A stretch of DNA of 64,000 nt, from positions 17,484,001 through 17,548,000 of the forward strand of contig NC_043024.1 of the NCBI RefSeq assembly GCF_006345805.1, given 5' to 3'. Below, piece by piece: positions 12,432-25,960 of the stretch. Each line of letters begins with the position of its first letter. Position 1 is the first letter of the stretch. This stretch comes from Octopus sinensis (Eukaryota). Below the pieces are notes generated by a model, which saw only the letters and a program-made list of their open reading frames with translations, was not told the origin of the DNA and did not search any database. The position numbers and the translations under genes were made by a program.

Positions 12432-12784
12432 GTATATACATCTGTATATATATATTATATATATATATGTATATATATATGTATATACATCTGTATATAT
12501 ATATTTATATATATATATGTATATATATATGTATATACATCTGTATGTATATATATTTATGTATATATATATGTATATACATCTGTATGTATATATATTT
12601 ATATATATATATGCGTATATACATATGGATATATATGTGTTTGTGTATATATGTATGTATGTATATATATATACATATATATACACACACACCACACTTA
12701 TATATATATACAGAGAGTATTGATAAAATTGATAGACAGATAAATAGATAGATATAAAGGTGTATAGATATATAGATTTATATA

Positions 12785-12824
<40 letters not shown>

Positions 12825-12970
12825 TGTCCATCTACACACACAGACACACACACACACGCATATACACTGTCATGTACACATACTCAAATACACTCAAATT
12901 TACACAGGTGGACATATGTATATGCAGTTACTCATGTACACACATGCACACACACACACACACACACACA
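12320..12970. repeat. Compound (TA)/(TATG)/(CA) low-complexity tract
   Basis: Read directly. Similar tracts at 9545-9850, 17870-18220, 22365-22555, 23480-23990, 29300-30000, 35720-36070, 45835-46150 and 60550-60985. Confidence 0.95.
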
Positions 12971-13873
12971 TATTAATAGGCTTTAAATGAGATTCTTTAA
13001 TAGTTAAGCCATTGTAGTTTATACTTGATCTGTATTGTTTTATATTTGGTTTCTATTTTAGTCCTTATTATATTCTCTTATATTCTGTTGTTGTTCAACT
13101 GAAGTCTCGACATTTGTTTCGCTGCTATTTGTGATGATGGCTTCACCAAGGAACAGAACTGCTGCCAATTTACTTCAAATGGAATCTAGAATTGTAAGCA
13201 ATTACACAAGACTTAATGGCAGTTTTGGTTTCACCGCTAATTAACGAGCAACTGATAGACAGCGTTTTTAAACAGTGGTGGTGGTGGGGAAAAACATACA
13301 GTGGAGGGAAGGGTCAGGCATCATTATTCAGGGTTGCTAGAAATAAGAGCTAAAAAATACTCTCTTTATTCTGTTTAAAAAGGGAAGGACATTTTGGTAT
13401 GCAATGTTGTACACACACACACACACACACACATATTAATAGGCTTTAAATGAGATTCTTTAATAGTTAAGCCATTGTAGTTTATACTTGATCTGTATTG
13501 TTTTATATTTGGTTTCTATTTTAGTCCTTATTATATTCTCTTATATTCTGTTGTTGTTCAACTGAAGTCTCGACATTTGTTTCGCTGCTATTTGTGATGA
13601 TGGCTTCACCAAGGAACAGAACTGCTGCCAATTTACTTCAAATGGAATCTAGAATTGTAAGCAATTACACAAGACTTAATGGCAGTTTTGGTTTCACCGC
13701 TAATTAACGAGCAACTGATAGACAGCGTTTTTAAACAGTGGTGGTGGTGGGGAAAAACATACAGTGGAGGGAAGGGTCAGGCATCATTATTCAGGGTTGC
13801 TAGAAATAAGAGCTAAAAAATACTCTCTTTATTCTGTTTAAAAAGGGAAGGACATTTTGGTATGCAATGTTGT
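12971..13873. repeat. Tandem duplication, period 463 bp
   Basis: 12971-13410 matches 13434-13873 with no difference seen by eye. Each unit is bounded by (AC)n. Confidence 0.95.
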
Positions 13874-13904
<31 letters not shown>

Positions 13905-14279
13905 CATATGGAGTGGCTGTGTGGTAAGTAGCTTGCTTGCCATCCACATGGTTCCGGGTTCATTCCCACTGTGTGGCACCTTGGGCAAGTCTCTTCTACT
14001 ATGGCGTTAGGCCAACCAAAGCCTTGTGAGTGGATTTTGCAGACGGAAACTGAAAGAAGCCCGTCATATATATGTGTGTCTGTGTTTGTCCCCCCCAACA
14101 TCACTTGACAACCAGTGGTGGTGTGTTTACATCCCCATAACTTAGCGGTACAGCAAAAGACTGATAGAATAAGTACTAGGCTTCCAAAGAATAAGTCCTG
14201 GGGTCAGTTTGCTTGACTAAAGGTGGTGCCCCAGCATGGCCGCAGTAATATGACTGAAACGAGTAAAAGAGTAAAAGCG

Positions 14280-14314
<35 letters not shown>

Positions 14315-14810
14315 ATATATATGTATGTATATATATATGTGTGTGAGTGTGAAGGCACATTGCTCAGTGGTTAGAGCCTCGAGCTTACAATCATGAAGTT
14401 GTGGGTTTGATTCCTGAACTGGGTTCTGTGTTGTGTTCTTGAGCAAGATACTTTATTTCACATTGCTCTTGTTCACTCAGCTGTAGAAATGTGTTGCTGT
14501 ATCGGCCTTTGACTTTCCCTTGGGTAACAATGGTGGTGTGGAGAAGGGAGGCTGGTATGCATGGCTGACTGCTGGTCTTCCATAAAAATAATCCTAGTTG
14601 GGTGTTTGCCAGCCAGGCGACTTTCTGCCCAGACTTGTACCACGGAGGAGAACCTCTTAGGTGTCAAGTTTATATATATATATATAACCACATGGTTCCA
14701 GGTTCAGTCCCACTGCATGGCACCTTGAGCAAGTGTCTTCTACTATGGCCTTAGGCCAACCAAAGCCTTGTGAGTGGATTTCACAGACGGAAACTGAAAG
14801 GAGCCTGTCG

Positions 14811-14850
<40 letters not shown>

Positions 14851-15101
14851 GTGTGTGTGTATGTTTTGTGTGTCTGTGTTTGTCCCACCAACATCGGTTG
14901 ACAACTGATGCTGGTGTGTTCATGCCCCTGTAACTTAGTGGCTCAGCAAAAGAGACCAATAGAATAAGTACTAGGCTTACAAAGAATAAGGCCTGGGGTC
15001 AATTTACTTGACTAAAGGCAGTGCTCCAGCATGGCAACAGCCAAATGACTGCTGAAACAGATAAGAGAAAGAAATATATGTATATACGCACACACACACA
15101 T

Positions 15102-15146
<45 letters not shown>

Positions 15147-15414
15147 GGAGCACTCCATTGGTTACGATGATAAGGGTCCCAGCTGATACGATCAACAGAA
15201 CAACTTGCTCGTTAAATTAACATGCAAGTGGCTGAGCAATTCACACACAGATGGCCGATAAATTAGTTACAAGTTATACACTGCGGTCGATGTAATTGAC
15301 TTCAATCCTTTTGTAAGTCCTTGTTTGTCCCTCTGTGTTTAGCCTCTTATGGGCAATAAAGAAATCAGAAATAAGACAGGTTATCATGCAGCGATGGGGG
15401 GTGGGGGCAAACAG

Positions 15415-15457
<43 letters not shown>

Positions 15458-16052
15458 CATATTTACGTACATATATATATCTAATATCTGCTGAAAAGGT
15501 CATGTTTGGAATGTCTTTGTTCATAGGTCTACCCAGATCAGGCTTGACCTAAGTGCTTAAACAGCAACAGCAATCTAAATGTTGTTGTCCTCATTTAACC
15601 TCAGGACAACCCTAATTGAACATGTCTATGATTAAAGCCTTTCCAACCTCGACCATCACCTCTTTTTATGGGTTTCTAAGACTACATTATCCAGTGTCTT
15701 ATTTCCTTTTTCTGTTTTTCTCAAATGGTTTTGTGATTTAATGGTTATTTCTTGTAAGCCATCAGATCCAATGAAATGCTCCGTTATTTTCATGGGAACT
15801 AGTTCTGTGTTCCATCATGTTAGTGTTGTTGTTCTTTAGCTCTAGGTCAGCCTTAACTGAGGAAGCCCTGTAATCAAACACCTTCATACCACAACCATTC
15901 CATATTATCATCAAGAACTACATTATCTAAAAGTCATCATTCCATGTTTTTTTCTCTTAAGACATCAAGGTATGATTTAAGGGAGATTTGTCTGCTATTT
16001 TTAGCAGGTTGAGTGACCACAAAAAGACACCTTCATTGACTCAAAATGGCTA

Positions 16053-16084
<32 letters not shown>

Positions 16085-17374
16085 TTGCTTTCATAAAGTG
16101 TATATCTAGGGTCCAAAGTTTTAGGGATTGATTTCTTCTCCAGTAAATCTGATGAAGAATCATAGTTACCCTACTTTCTCCCAACTGTTAATCTTTATCC
16201 TTATTAAGCCATAAAAACGCAAGGGTCAGTGATGATGTCTTAGGCTGTTAATTTATGTTAATCCTCCTTTTAACGAAACCTTTATCAGATTCTGAGTCTG
16301 GAATGTTCTACTCAATAATGTTTGGTATTGGCTTTAAGAAGGGCCTTCAGCCATAAAAACCAAACCAAAACAGCCTATTGAATCAGGTGCAGCCCCTGGC
16401 CAGTCCCTGCCAGACCATCCAACCCATGCCAGCATGAAAAACAGATGATAAATGTTGATGATTTCAAGAGAAATCTCTTGGTGCCTAACACAGATTTATT
16501 TTGGTAGGGAGATGGACGTGATGATTTAGAAGATATAGAGGGAGGCACTCTGACTCCAAATATGTGGAACCCCAGATATATACCCCATGAAAATTAGATC
16601 TGATCTGTTGGTTGTTATCCTGTGACTTGTGGGATATCAATAGAATTAAAATACAATCTTAGAAAACAATAGTAAGGTGGTGAACTGGCAGAACTGTTAT
16701 GGTACGAGGCAGAATACTTAGTGGCGTTCTGTCCGTCTTTACATCTTGAGTTCAAGTGCCATGAAGGTCGACTGCCTTTCATCCTTTTGGGATGGATAAA
16801 GCACCATTCATGCATGAGTCATTGCCAGAACTGCCTGACTGGCTCCCTGTGCCAGTGACATGTGAAAAGCAGCATCCGAACGTGGCCGATGCCAATGCTG
16901 CTTGACTGGCTCCCAATCCAGTGGCACATAAAAAGCACTCACTGCACTCTCAGAGTGGTTAGCATTAAGAAGGGCATCCAGCTGTAGAAACAATGCCAGA
17001 TCAGATTGGAGCCTGGGGCAGCCTCCTGCCTTGCCAGTCCCCAGTCAAACCGTCCAACCCATGCCAGCATGGAAAACGGATGTTAAACGATGACAATGAT
17101 GATGATGATGAAAACAAGTATCAGTTGAGTACTGTAAGCAACTTATTCCCTCTTCTCAAAAATGCTGGCCTTGTGCTAAAACCTGAATGCAATATCAGGA
17201 TACAATAGTCGAATCATTGAAGGAGGGAACCACCAAAAATATCATCATCATCATCATCATCGTGTCATCATCATTGTTGGAAACAGAGGGGTGGTCATGA
17301 GTGGAGTGCCTTCAATCATAGAACTACTCAATCATAACTGACCTGAGGCTAAGCAACAACAATAATAATAATTA

Positions 17375-17640
17375 GGAACCACCAGTACCTCTACAAGAAT
17401 AAACATATTCTATTACACAATAATAATAACACCACCACCATATCAACATCTTCACCACCACCACCACTAATATCATTACCTTCTTCCCCACCTCCGCTAC
17501 CACCACTACCAACACTACAATCACCTCCAGCCCCGCAACCAATATCAATATCTTCACCACTACCCCCGACACTACCACCACCATCACCTCTGTGATCATC
17601 ACTATCACCACCGCTGCCACCACCACCACTACGTATCACA
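17375..17640. repeat. Degenerate (ACC)/(CAC)n trinucleotide tract
   Basis: Read directly. Confidence 0.85.
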
Positions 17641-17910
17641 ACAATAAACCATATTGGCAGTGTCCAAGTGGCCAGACAAGACTCTAGACAATTCTTGCAG
17701 CTGCCATCATCGAAATCTTTGAGATTTTTCTTGGTCAGATGCCAGATTGGCAAATTAAGATTTAATGTGATTCTAATTTCAGGAATGACCAATGTGCTAA
17801 ACTGGACACCAGAACGTGTGTGTGTGTGTGATGTGGCTTTCTTTGATTCAATGATCGGGCTTATCAAACTATATGTATAACATATACACACACAAATATA
17901 TACATATATA

Positions 17911-17956
<46 letters not shown>

Positions 17957-18173
17957 TACACACACATACACATACACATAAACATGACATGCATATATCT
18001 ATACATCTATATTTTATATATATTATATATATATATATACATATACATACACACATGCATATATATATATATATATATATATACAAGCATATATATATGT
18101 GTGTGTGTGTATATACACACACACACACTTGCATACATATATATATGTATACATATACATACATATATATATG

Positions 18174-18205
<32 letters not shown>

Positions 18206-18581
18206 TTCACATACACACACTACGTATCCGATTCTAATTTAAGGAATAACCTTTGTGATAAACTGGACACCTTGTGTCTGTGAGCAGTGTGTGGTTGTGT
18301 GTGCTGTGCAAGTGTATGTGTGCTGTGTATGTGTATTATACATATATATATGTGCAGATTTGTGTGTTTATACAGATGTATATACATGAATACATACACA
18401 CATAGCAAAATGTAGCAGTATATCAACTCTAAATACATGTACATGTGCTTCATATAAACACTCCATGGATGTGCATGTATCAGCTTTTACACACATGTAC
18501 ATGAAGGTGTTTATATTAATCCTGTGTACATGTTCACATGCGAATATTATCTGACCTTATATGTGTGTGTGTGTATATGTA

Positions 18582-19527
18582 CAGAAAGTGTTTGGGCCAA
18601 ATTTGATTATTCATCAGCTCTCCTTTTTTCGGGAACAGCTTGATGTATCGATGAAAAGTCAATGGCATTAAAGAGCATGAAGATTAAATTTGCAGGTGAG
18701 AAAAAGTTAGCTGACAGGAAGGACTTGAAGCCATCTGAAAACGGGAAAAGAGTTACCTGTGTCATGATGATTCATGCTAGGTACCAAACTGCTGATACCG
18801 TGACTACAGCTCAATACTCTTTGAACACTATAACGTGAGTAAAATGTGTGACTTGGACAGCTGAAGGGTTGACTATGAAGGGTTGACCAGCAGGAAGGGA
18901 CACAAACAACATTCTGGTTGCATCCACTTACTAGAATTTATGCCCACATCATTGAACAGGGCTTTAAGCTCAATTCAGACAGCTATGTGAAGCTGTAGGA
19001 GATTGTGGTTAGTTCCTAGCTGGAGAGGGTTGCTGCTGGAAGGCCATAAGCATGGCGGCAGGATTTTGCTCTTTGCCGTACCTCCATAAAGAATCAGAAG
19101 TGGTTGTCAGAGAATTTCTACAGCTTCACCAGCCTTAATTTTTGTGGCCTCCTAATTTCCACGATTTTAATCCTGTAGATTACTATGTGTGGGGTGTGAT
19201 TGACAAAGACACCAACTGCCCAGCTGAGCTGGTGGCCAAGATCAGGGAGGTGTTTGAAGCTTTTCCCAGGGGCATATTAGGAATGCACATGTCAGGTTCC
19301 AGAGCAATATTGAGTCTGTGATGGAAGCTGAGGGTAGCTACTTTAAGTAAACTGTTATCTCCCTCCCATAATCTAGTTGATATTTTTTGATTTTTTAAAA
19401 TACTTTTACTTTTGGATGGGATGTTGTGTTTTAGAAAATCTCTTTAAGGGTCACCGACCTCTCTCTTCTCATATTGTCTTTTCTTTTTCTTTTAATGCAA
19501 ACTGTCAAATTCAACCTGAACACCTTG
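18582..19527 (+). mobile_element. Decayed DD37D (maT-type) Tc1/mariner element
   Basis: WRQDFA..KWLSENF..WPPNFHDFNPVDYYVWG..EAEGSYFK*. Degenerate TIRs (cagaaagtgtttgggccaaatttga versus revcomp caaggtgttcaggttgaatttga) flanked by TA. Confidence 0.72.
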
Positions 19528-19540
19528 TATTTTCATGAAT

Positions 19541-19581
<41 letters not shown>

Positions 19582-20032
19582 CATAGGAGTAGCTGTGGTA
19601 ACTAGCTAGCTTACCAACTACATGGTTCTGGGTTCAGTCCCACTGCATGGCACCTTGGGCAAGTGTCTTCTACTATAGCATCGGGCCGACCAAAGCCTTG
19701 TGAGTGGATTTGGTAGAGTGAAACTGAAAGAAGCCCGTCGTATATATGTATCTATCTATATATATATGTATATATCTATCTATCTATATATATATCTGTG
19801 TGTGTGTGTATATGTTTGTGTGTCTGTGTTTGTCCCCCCCCCCACATCGCTTGAAAACTGATGCTGGTGTGTTTACATCCCCGTAACTTAGTGGTTTGGC
19901 AAAAGACCCAATAGAATAAGTACTAGGCTTACAAAGAATAAGTTCTGAGATCGATTTGCTCAACTAAAGGCAGTGCTCCAGCATGGCCACAGTCAAATGA
20001 CTAAAACAAATAAAAGAGTAAAAGACTATATA

Positions 20033-20069
<37 letters not shown>

Positions 20070-20072
<3 letters not shown>

Positions 20073-20483
20073 GGTGAGCTGGCAGAATCGTAAGCATGCC
20101 GGGCGAAATGCTTAGCGGTATTTTGTCTGCTGCTACATACTGAGTTCAAATTCCGCCAAGGTCGACTTTGCCTTTCATCCTTTCGGGGTCGATTAAATAT
20201 GTACCAGTTATGCACTGGGGTCGATATAATCGACTTAATCTGCTTGTCTGTCCTTGTTTGTCCTCTCTGTGTTTAGCCCCTTGTGGGTAGTAAAGAAACT
20301 GGTATTTCGTCTGCTGTTACGTTCTGTGTTCAAATTCCACCGAGATCGACTTTGCCTTTCACCCTTTCAGGGGCGATTAAATAAGTACCAGTTACACACT
20401 GGGGTTGATGTAATCAACTTAATCCCTTTATCTGTCATTGTTTGCCCCACTGTGTTTAACCCCCTGTGGGCAATAAAGAAATA
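20070..20483 (+). mobile_element. Family B SINE (internally repeated, dimer-like)
   Basis: Head ggcggtgagctggcagaatc, B box gagttcaaattcc, central gactttgcctttcatcctttcggggtcgat..taagtaccag. Other copies at 4310-4445, 16675-16810, 26150-26370(-), 42230-42420(-), 49800-50540(-), 54765-55150(-) and 57770-58170. Confidence 0.85.
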
Positions 20484-23400
20484 TATATATATATATGTCT
20501 ATGTTGTGCATGTGCGTGTCTGTCTTTATTTATATATCAAAGGTGGACACTATTAATCAAAAAGTTAACTTCGTTAACTGTGAATCTTTTAGCCAAAAAG
20601 TTAACTTCGATAACTGATAGTCTGTTAATTATTTTCTAATGTAACGGAAGTTATCCGTAAACCATTAATGTTAATTTTTATTATAGAAAAAACAAAACAT
20701 CAATTTTTTTGCTATGAAGCCACATAAAAACGCCTTTAAAAATTGCCAAACTATGAAATTCAATTGATGATGATGATGATGACGACGACGTTGATGATGA
20801 TGATAACGATGATACTGATGATAATGATATCGATCATTAGCAGCATTTTAACGTCCACTTTCCATGCTGGCATGGGTTGGACAGTTTGACTGAGAAGTGG
20901 CAAGCTGGGAGGCTTGCACCAGGCTCCAATTTGATTTGGCAGGGTATCTATGGCTGGATACCAACCCTGAGAGTGTGGTGGATGCTTTTTTTACCTGTCA
21001 CCAGCATGGGGATGATGTTGATGATGATGATGATATACATATTGTTATATTTCGGAATGGTCATATATATACATAGATGTATATATATATAAACACAAAT
21101 CTGCACATATGTGAACAAACACACACGTATGTGCAAGATAAAAGTTTGACTGTTATAAAAAACTTGCCACTTTTATAACAGTGCCCTGATAAAGTGTGAA
21201 AAGAGTTGGCAGAGGAGTGAAGATGTTGCAGAATTATGAGAAACCTATTCATTTGTTGGGGACAGGGTATACTGCACCCATACCTTAAAGGGCTTAGTGT
21301 TAAGAAGGGTGTCTAGATATAGAAACCATGTCAAATAAAACATATGAGCGAGGCTTGCAACCCTGGTCCATATTTAGGAGGAAAGTAAACAAGAATCAGA
21401 GCAGATCAAATCATGAATGGCGACTTCTCTTACAAATGCCAGCATGAGAAGAGATGTACTGTGGCAATGGAGGTGATAGTGATCGTGATTGTAATGTTGT
21501 TGTTGGTGGTGGTGGTGGTGGTGGGTGTTAATCAGTAAAGAGTGATTCACAAACTAACCAACCATTCTGATTATCAAAGAGCCGAAGACAAAGTTTCTAC
21601 TGTACCCTACCACCCCGTTATGTCTGTGACATATGTGCAGATATACAGGAACATACAGTTTGATAATCCTCAAACCAAGTTATCTCAAGATGCTGGCAGC
21701 CACTGTACAATAAGTACCGAACTCCACTGCTGTGTGATGTGTATCTAAATACAAACATAACCAGATAGGTTATAAACACCTCTCTACTGTTACTTTACAT
21801 TGGTCAAGTATGTTGGAGAACCTAAGCACTTTCACTTGACTGACTCCACTGGTCAAGTGTATTTGAGAATATTAAAGTACTCAATTTAATTTGACCAACT
21901 ATGTTGCTCAAGTATATTTGTGAATCTAATTACTCTGGTTTCACTAACGAAGCAGAGACTGTTTTGTTTTATATTCTTAGTATTAGAGTGAAATAGTCTT
22001 AAAATTGTTAATATGATGTTGCTGTTAGGTTTGAATAGCTGTGTGAGTTTGCTTTTCAGTGCTCTAGTCTTCAGTTCAGTCCCACTGTGCAGCACCTTGG
22101 GCCAATGTTTTCTACTCTAGCCCCTGGTCAACCCCTGACCTTGTGAGTGTAATTATCCTCATCATCTTCATCCTTTAACGTCCGTTTTCTGTACTGGCAT
22201 GAGTTGGACAGTTTTGGCCTGAGCTGGCAAGCAGGACAGCTGCACAAGGTTCCAGTGTGATTTGGCTTGATTTTGACGACTGGATGACCTTCCTAACACT
22301 GACCACTTAACAATGTGTGCTGAGTGCTTTTAATGTGGCACCAATATGAACATGGTATGTCCTCCATGTGTGTGCATTTATGTGTGTTTGTGTGTGGGTA
22401 TGTGTTTGTGTGTATGTTTGTTCGTGTGGGTGTGTATGTGTTTGTGTGTGTGTATGTTTGTTCATGTGTGTGTGTGTGTATATGTTTGTGTGCATGTATG
22501 TGTTTGTTCATGTGTAGGTGTATGTGTGTGTGTGTGTGTGTGTGCGTGTGTATGTCTTTATCCCACCACAGCTTAACAACCAGTGTCAGTTTGTTTACGC
22601 CCCTGCAACTTAGCAGTTCAGCAAAAGAAACCAAGAAAACAAGTACCAGGCTTCCAAGAAATAAGTACTGGGGTCAATATCTTCAACTTAACCCCTCCAG
22701 GTTATTGCCTTGTCATGGCTGCAGTCCAATGATCAAAACAAATAGAAGAAACAGTAAGAGAAGACACATCTCTCCACCAAATGCTTTTATGTCCAGTAAA
22801 GAGCTGGTCATTTTTTTAAATGTATTTTACTGTGGAAAAGAGATGAAATAATAACAAGACTTTTCCATCCTATTTCCATAGTAAATTTTGTCATTATTGC
22901 TTGAGGCTGTAAAATGTGATGTATTTATGAGAGGTTTCAATAAACGATGTTATTTGATTATGGTTGGATGAATATTAGTGACGTTGCAAGATAACACTTA
23001 ACCTTTTAGACATTTCAAAATCTGTTTCACTCAGAATTAGTTTGGCTCTTCAAGATTTCATCGACGTAATCCTGGGCCTTGCTTGCTTTTGTTTTTCTTT
23101 CCCTCTAATACACCATGCATTCAATTGTCATGGTTCGCTTGTCATTCAAGCCGTGATTGTCTCCCTTCTTGTGTTGTGTATTATATTCACAACACCTAAA
23201 TGCACTTCTAAAATGGCAGAGTGAACTTTGAAGGAGATTTGGCTGTTAATTCTAGGAGGCCACAGCATTAATAAGTGACCCCTTCATTTGTTTCTTCATT
23301 GAGAAATGAAATTGGTTAGCTGTAGTTGTTCAGCCCTAGGTCAGTCTTGATCCACTAGACCTATAGTCAAAGGCAGTGCTGGGAATCAAACTCACACCTT

Positions 23401-24386
23401 TGCAATCATGTCCCAAATCCACTGAGCCATGCACTTTCACATGCCTTCATATATACCCACGCATAGTCACACATACATTTAAAGTCTCACACACACACAT
23501 TCATATATACACAAAATACAAACACACAGATACTAATACACATAGCCACAGAAATACACGCAAAGACAGAACCACATACTTACTCACACATGCACACACA
23601 CACGTTTACAAATACACAAAATACACAGAAATACTAATATTTTCTCACAGAAATACACACACATACACTCAAAGACAGAACAATGTGCATACACTCTAAT
23701 ATACATACTCACACATACACATGCATGCACACATAGACACGCACATTCATATATACACAAAATACCAATTCACACACCCACAGAACTACACATGCATACA
23801 CTCTAATATATATACTCACACACACACATACACACGCATGATTACAAATGCACAAAATACACAGAATACTAATACAAATACAGATAGAAATACACACACA
23901 TACACGCAAAGACAGAAACATTTGCATACACTCTAAAACACACACACACACACATAGAACTACTTATACCCACACCCATCCACACATGTATACTATGGCC
24001 CTTGTTATCATAATATCTGTCAGTACTCTCTGCTATTAAGTATCAAAGTGATTGGTCTTAACTTTATGATCTGATGACAATGATGCATTGGTTTGACCTG
24101 GTCATAAATAGATACTTTGATATGTAACAACATTGACCTCGTTAGAGAAGGGCAAGAATAAAATGCTAATTGAAGACAACTTAATGATAATTACTGGTGT
24201 CGGGTTTGAAGATGTATATCTGTGAGACTATAAGAACAAATACACATATACATGCCTGTGTGCACACACACATATATATGTATGTATGTATGTATACTTG
24301 CATAAACATACATATATATGCGTGTGTGTATGTATAGATACATGCATATATATATATTTATGCATACACACACACACACATATATA

Positions 24387-25241
24387 TAGGGTGCAGTGCA
24401 TAAACTGTCACCTAAATTATGCAAAAATGAAAATAACACTGACATCTCATTTTAACAGATATATTTACCAAAATTACAGAAAAAATTTCTTGAAATACTA
24501 AAGAGTAAATTTATTCAATAAAATCGCCATTGGCTTCAACCATGGCCTCCAGATGACTTTGGAATCTTCTGCAACTCTTCTGGACAGTCTCCTTGTTTAA
24601 GTTGGTGAATGCTGCCATAATCCTTGCCTTCAGTTCATCTTTTGTATCACAAGGAGTTTTGTTGGTCTCTCACTTAACTGTATCCCTCACAAAATAATCA
24701 AGGGGGTTGCAGTCTTGGGAGTTAGGTGGCCAGATGTTAGGGGTAATGTGGTCGCAGGAATTGTCTGACAGCCATGACTGGGTTCCCCTGCTTCTGTGGC
24801 AAGGTGCAGAGTCCTATTGCCAGACATAGGGTCTTCAAGCAGCCACCTTCTTGACCCTGGACAACACTACCTCCTCACAGTGGAAAGATGAATGGAGGCA
24901 TGACATCATCATCATTAGTGATCACTCTAAACACCATGATGTTGATTGGATGTTTGATTTTTATCACTCTCAGAACATGTCTTCAGATTGCACTGTCTGT
25001 CCTCAGACTGACACCCAGACACTCTGAAATGTTCATATTGGAGATCCCAGTATGAACATCAAGCATACAGCACGTTGTTTCCAAATTTCTAGCAGAGTGA
25101 ATTGCATCATAGTGCTGTTTTTCTCACAGACAGTGCCCAGCTGACCCTACTATAGTGTGTAGTCAACAAAACTAGAATCAAACAATGTGCATGTGTGAAA
25201 TTAAAAATATAAAATGGCAACAATTTACCCAACACACCCTG
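24387..25241 (-). mobile_element. Internally deleted DD37D (maT-type) element
   Basis: Minus strand reads WQ*DSAPCHRSRGTQSWLSDNSCDHITPNIWPPNSQDCNPLDYF, with exactly 37 aa between the two Asp, and ends ANGDFIE*. TIRs (t/c)agggtg...taaa.tgt..cc flanked by TA. Confidence 0.85.
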
Positions 25242-25287
25242 TATATATACATATATATGTGTCTCTCTCTCTATATATATATGCATA

Positions 25288-25960
25288 CAGACATACCTCG
25301 GCTTAAGTTGTTCTTGATTATTCGTCAGTTTTCAAAAATAACACATGGAAAAATAAAAATCAATTTAAGTAATTTTTCTTGACTTTACATCTGTCCGCCG
25401 CAAATATTGGAATCATAAAATCATTAGAAAACCGTTAAAAGCACATAAAATCCTATTACTGTACAATAAATAAGATTAAAAGTGTATAAAATCATATTAA
25501 AACATGTACAGTAAATGTTAAGATACACACCATAAAGTAGTGTAGCTTAGTGAACACATCGAACAACAAGAACAGCCAGAGTCAGCTGTTGATGTTGACG
25601 ATCCACAGCCATCTACATCCACAATGTAAACCACCATATGGTATGTACGTATTGGTAAATTTAAAATTCATTTTTTTTTTTTACTACTGCAAAATAATAA
25701 TTACTGAATTTGTTTTTTAAGCTTAAAAAATGCTTTTATTTAAACATGTCTTATTGCAAACAGCATTCATAAAAAAAGCATCCGTGATGTACGCTAAACA
25801 CTGCCAAACTGTATTCATAAATTTAGATTACTTTTTTTTTACTGTACTGTATTAAAAAATAAAAATTATTTCTTTGTTGGCTTAAAATAGGTTTTTGTTA
25901 ACCATATAATAATAAAACTAAAGTGACAATTAAATACAGAGTGCATGTGCTTAATTGGCA
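25288..25960 (+). mobile_element. Possible Tigger/pogo-type non-autonomous remnant
   Basis: Begins ta-cagacatacctcg (Tigger-like terminus) and contains a DDPQPSTST-coding stretch typical of pogo-type C-termini. No clear right TIR. Confidence 0.4.

Noticed and set aside
23010-23230. Minus-strand frame ..MVY*RERKTKASKAQDYVDEILKSQTNSE*, considered as a stop-recoding (UAG editing) candidate
   Set aside because: No recognisable homology and no polypyrimidine tract; not distinguishable from chance.
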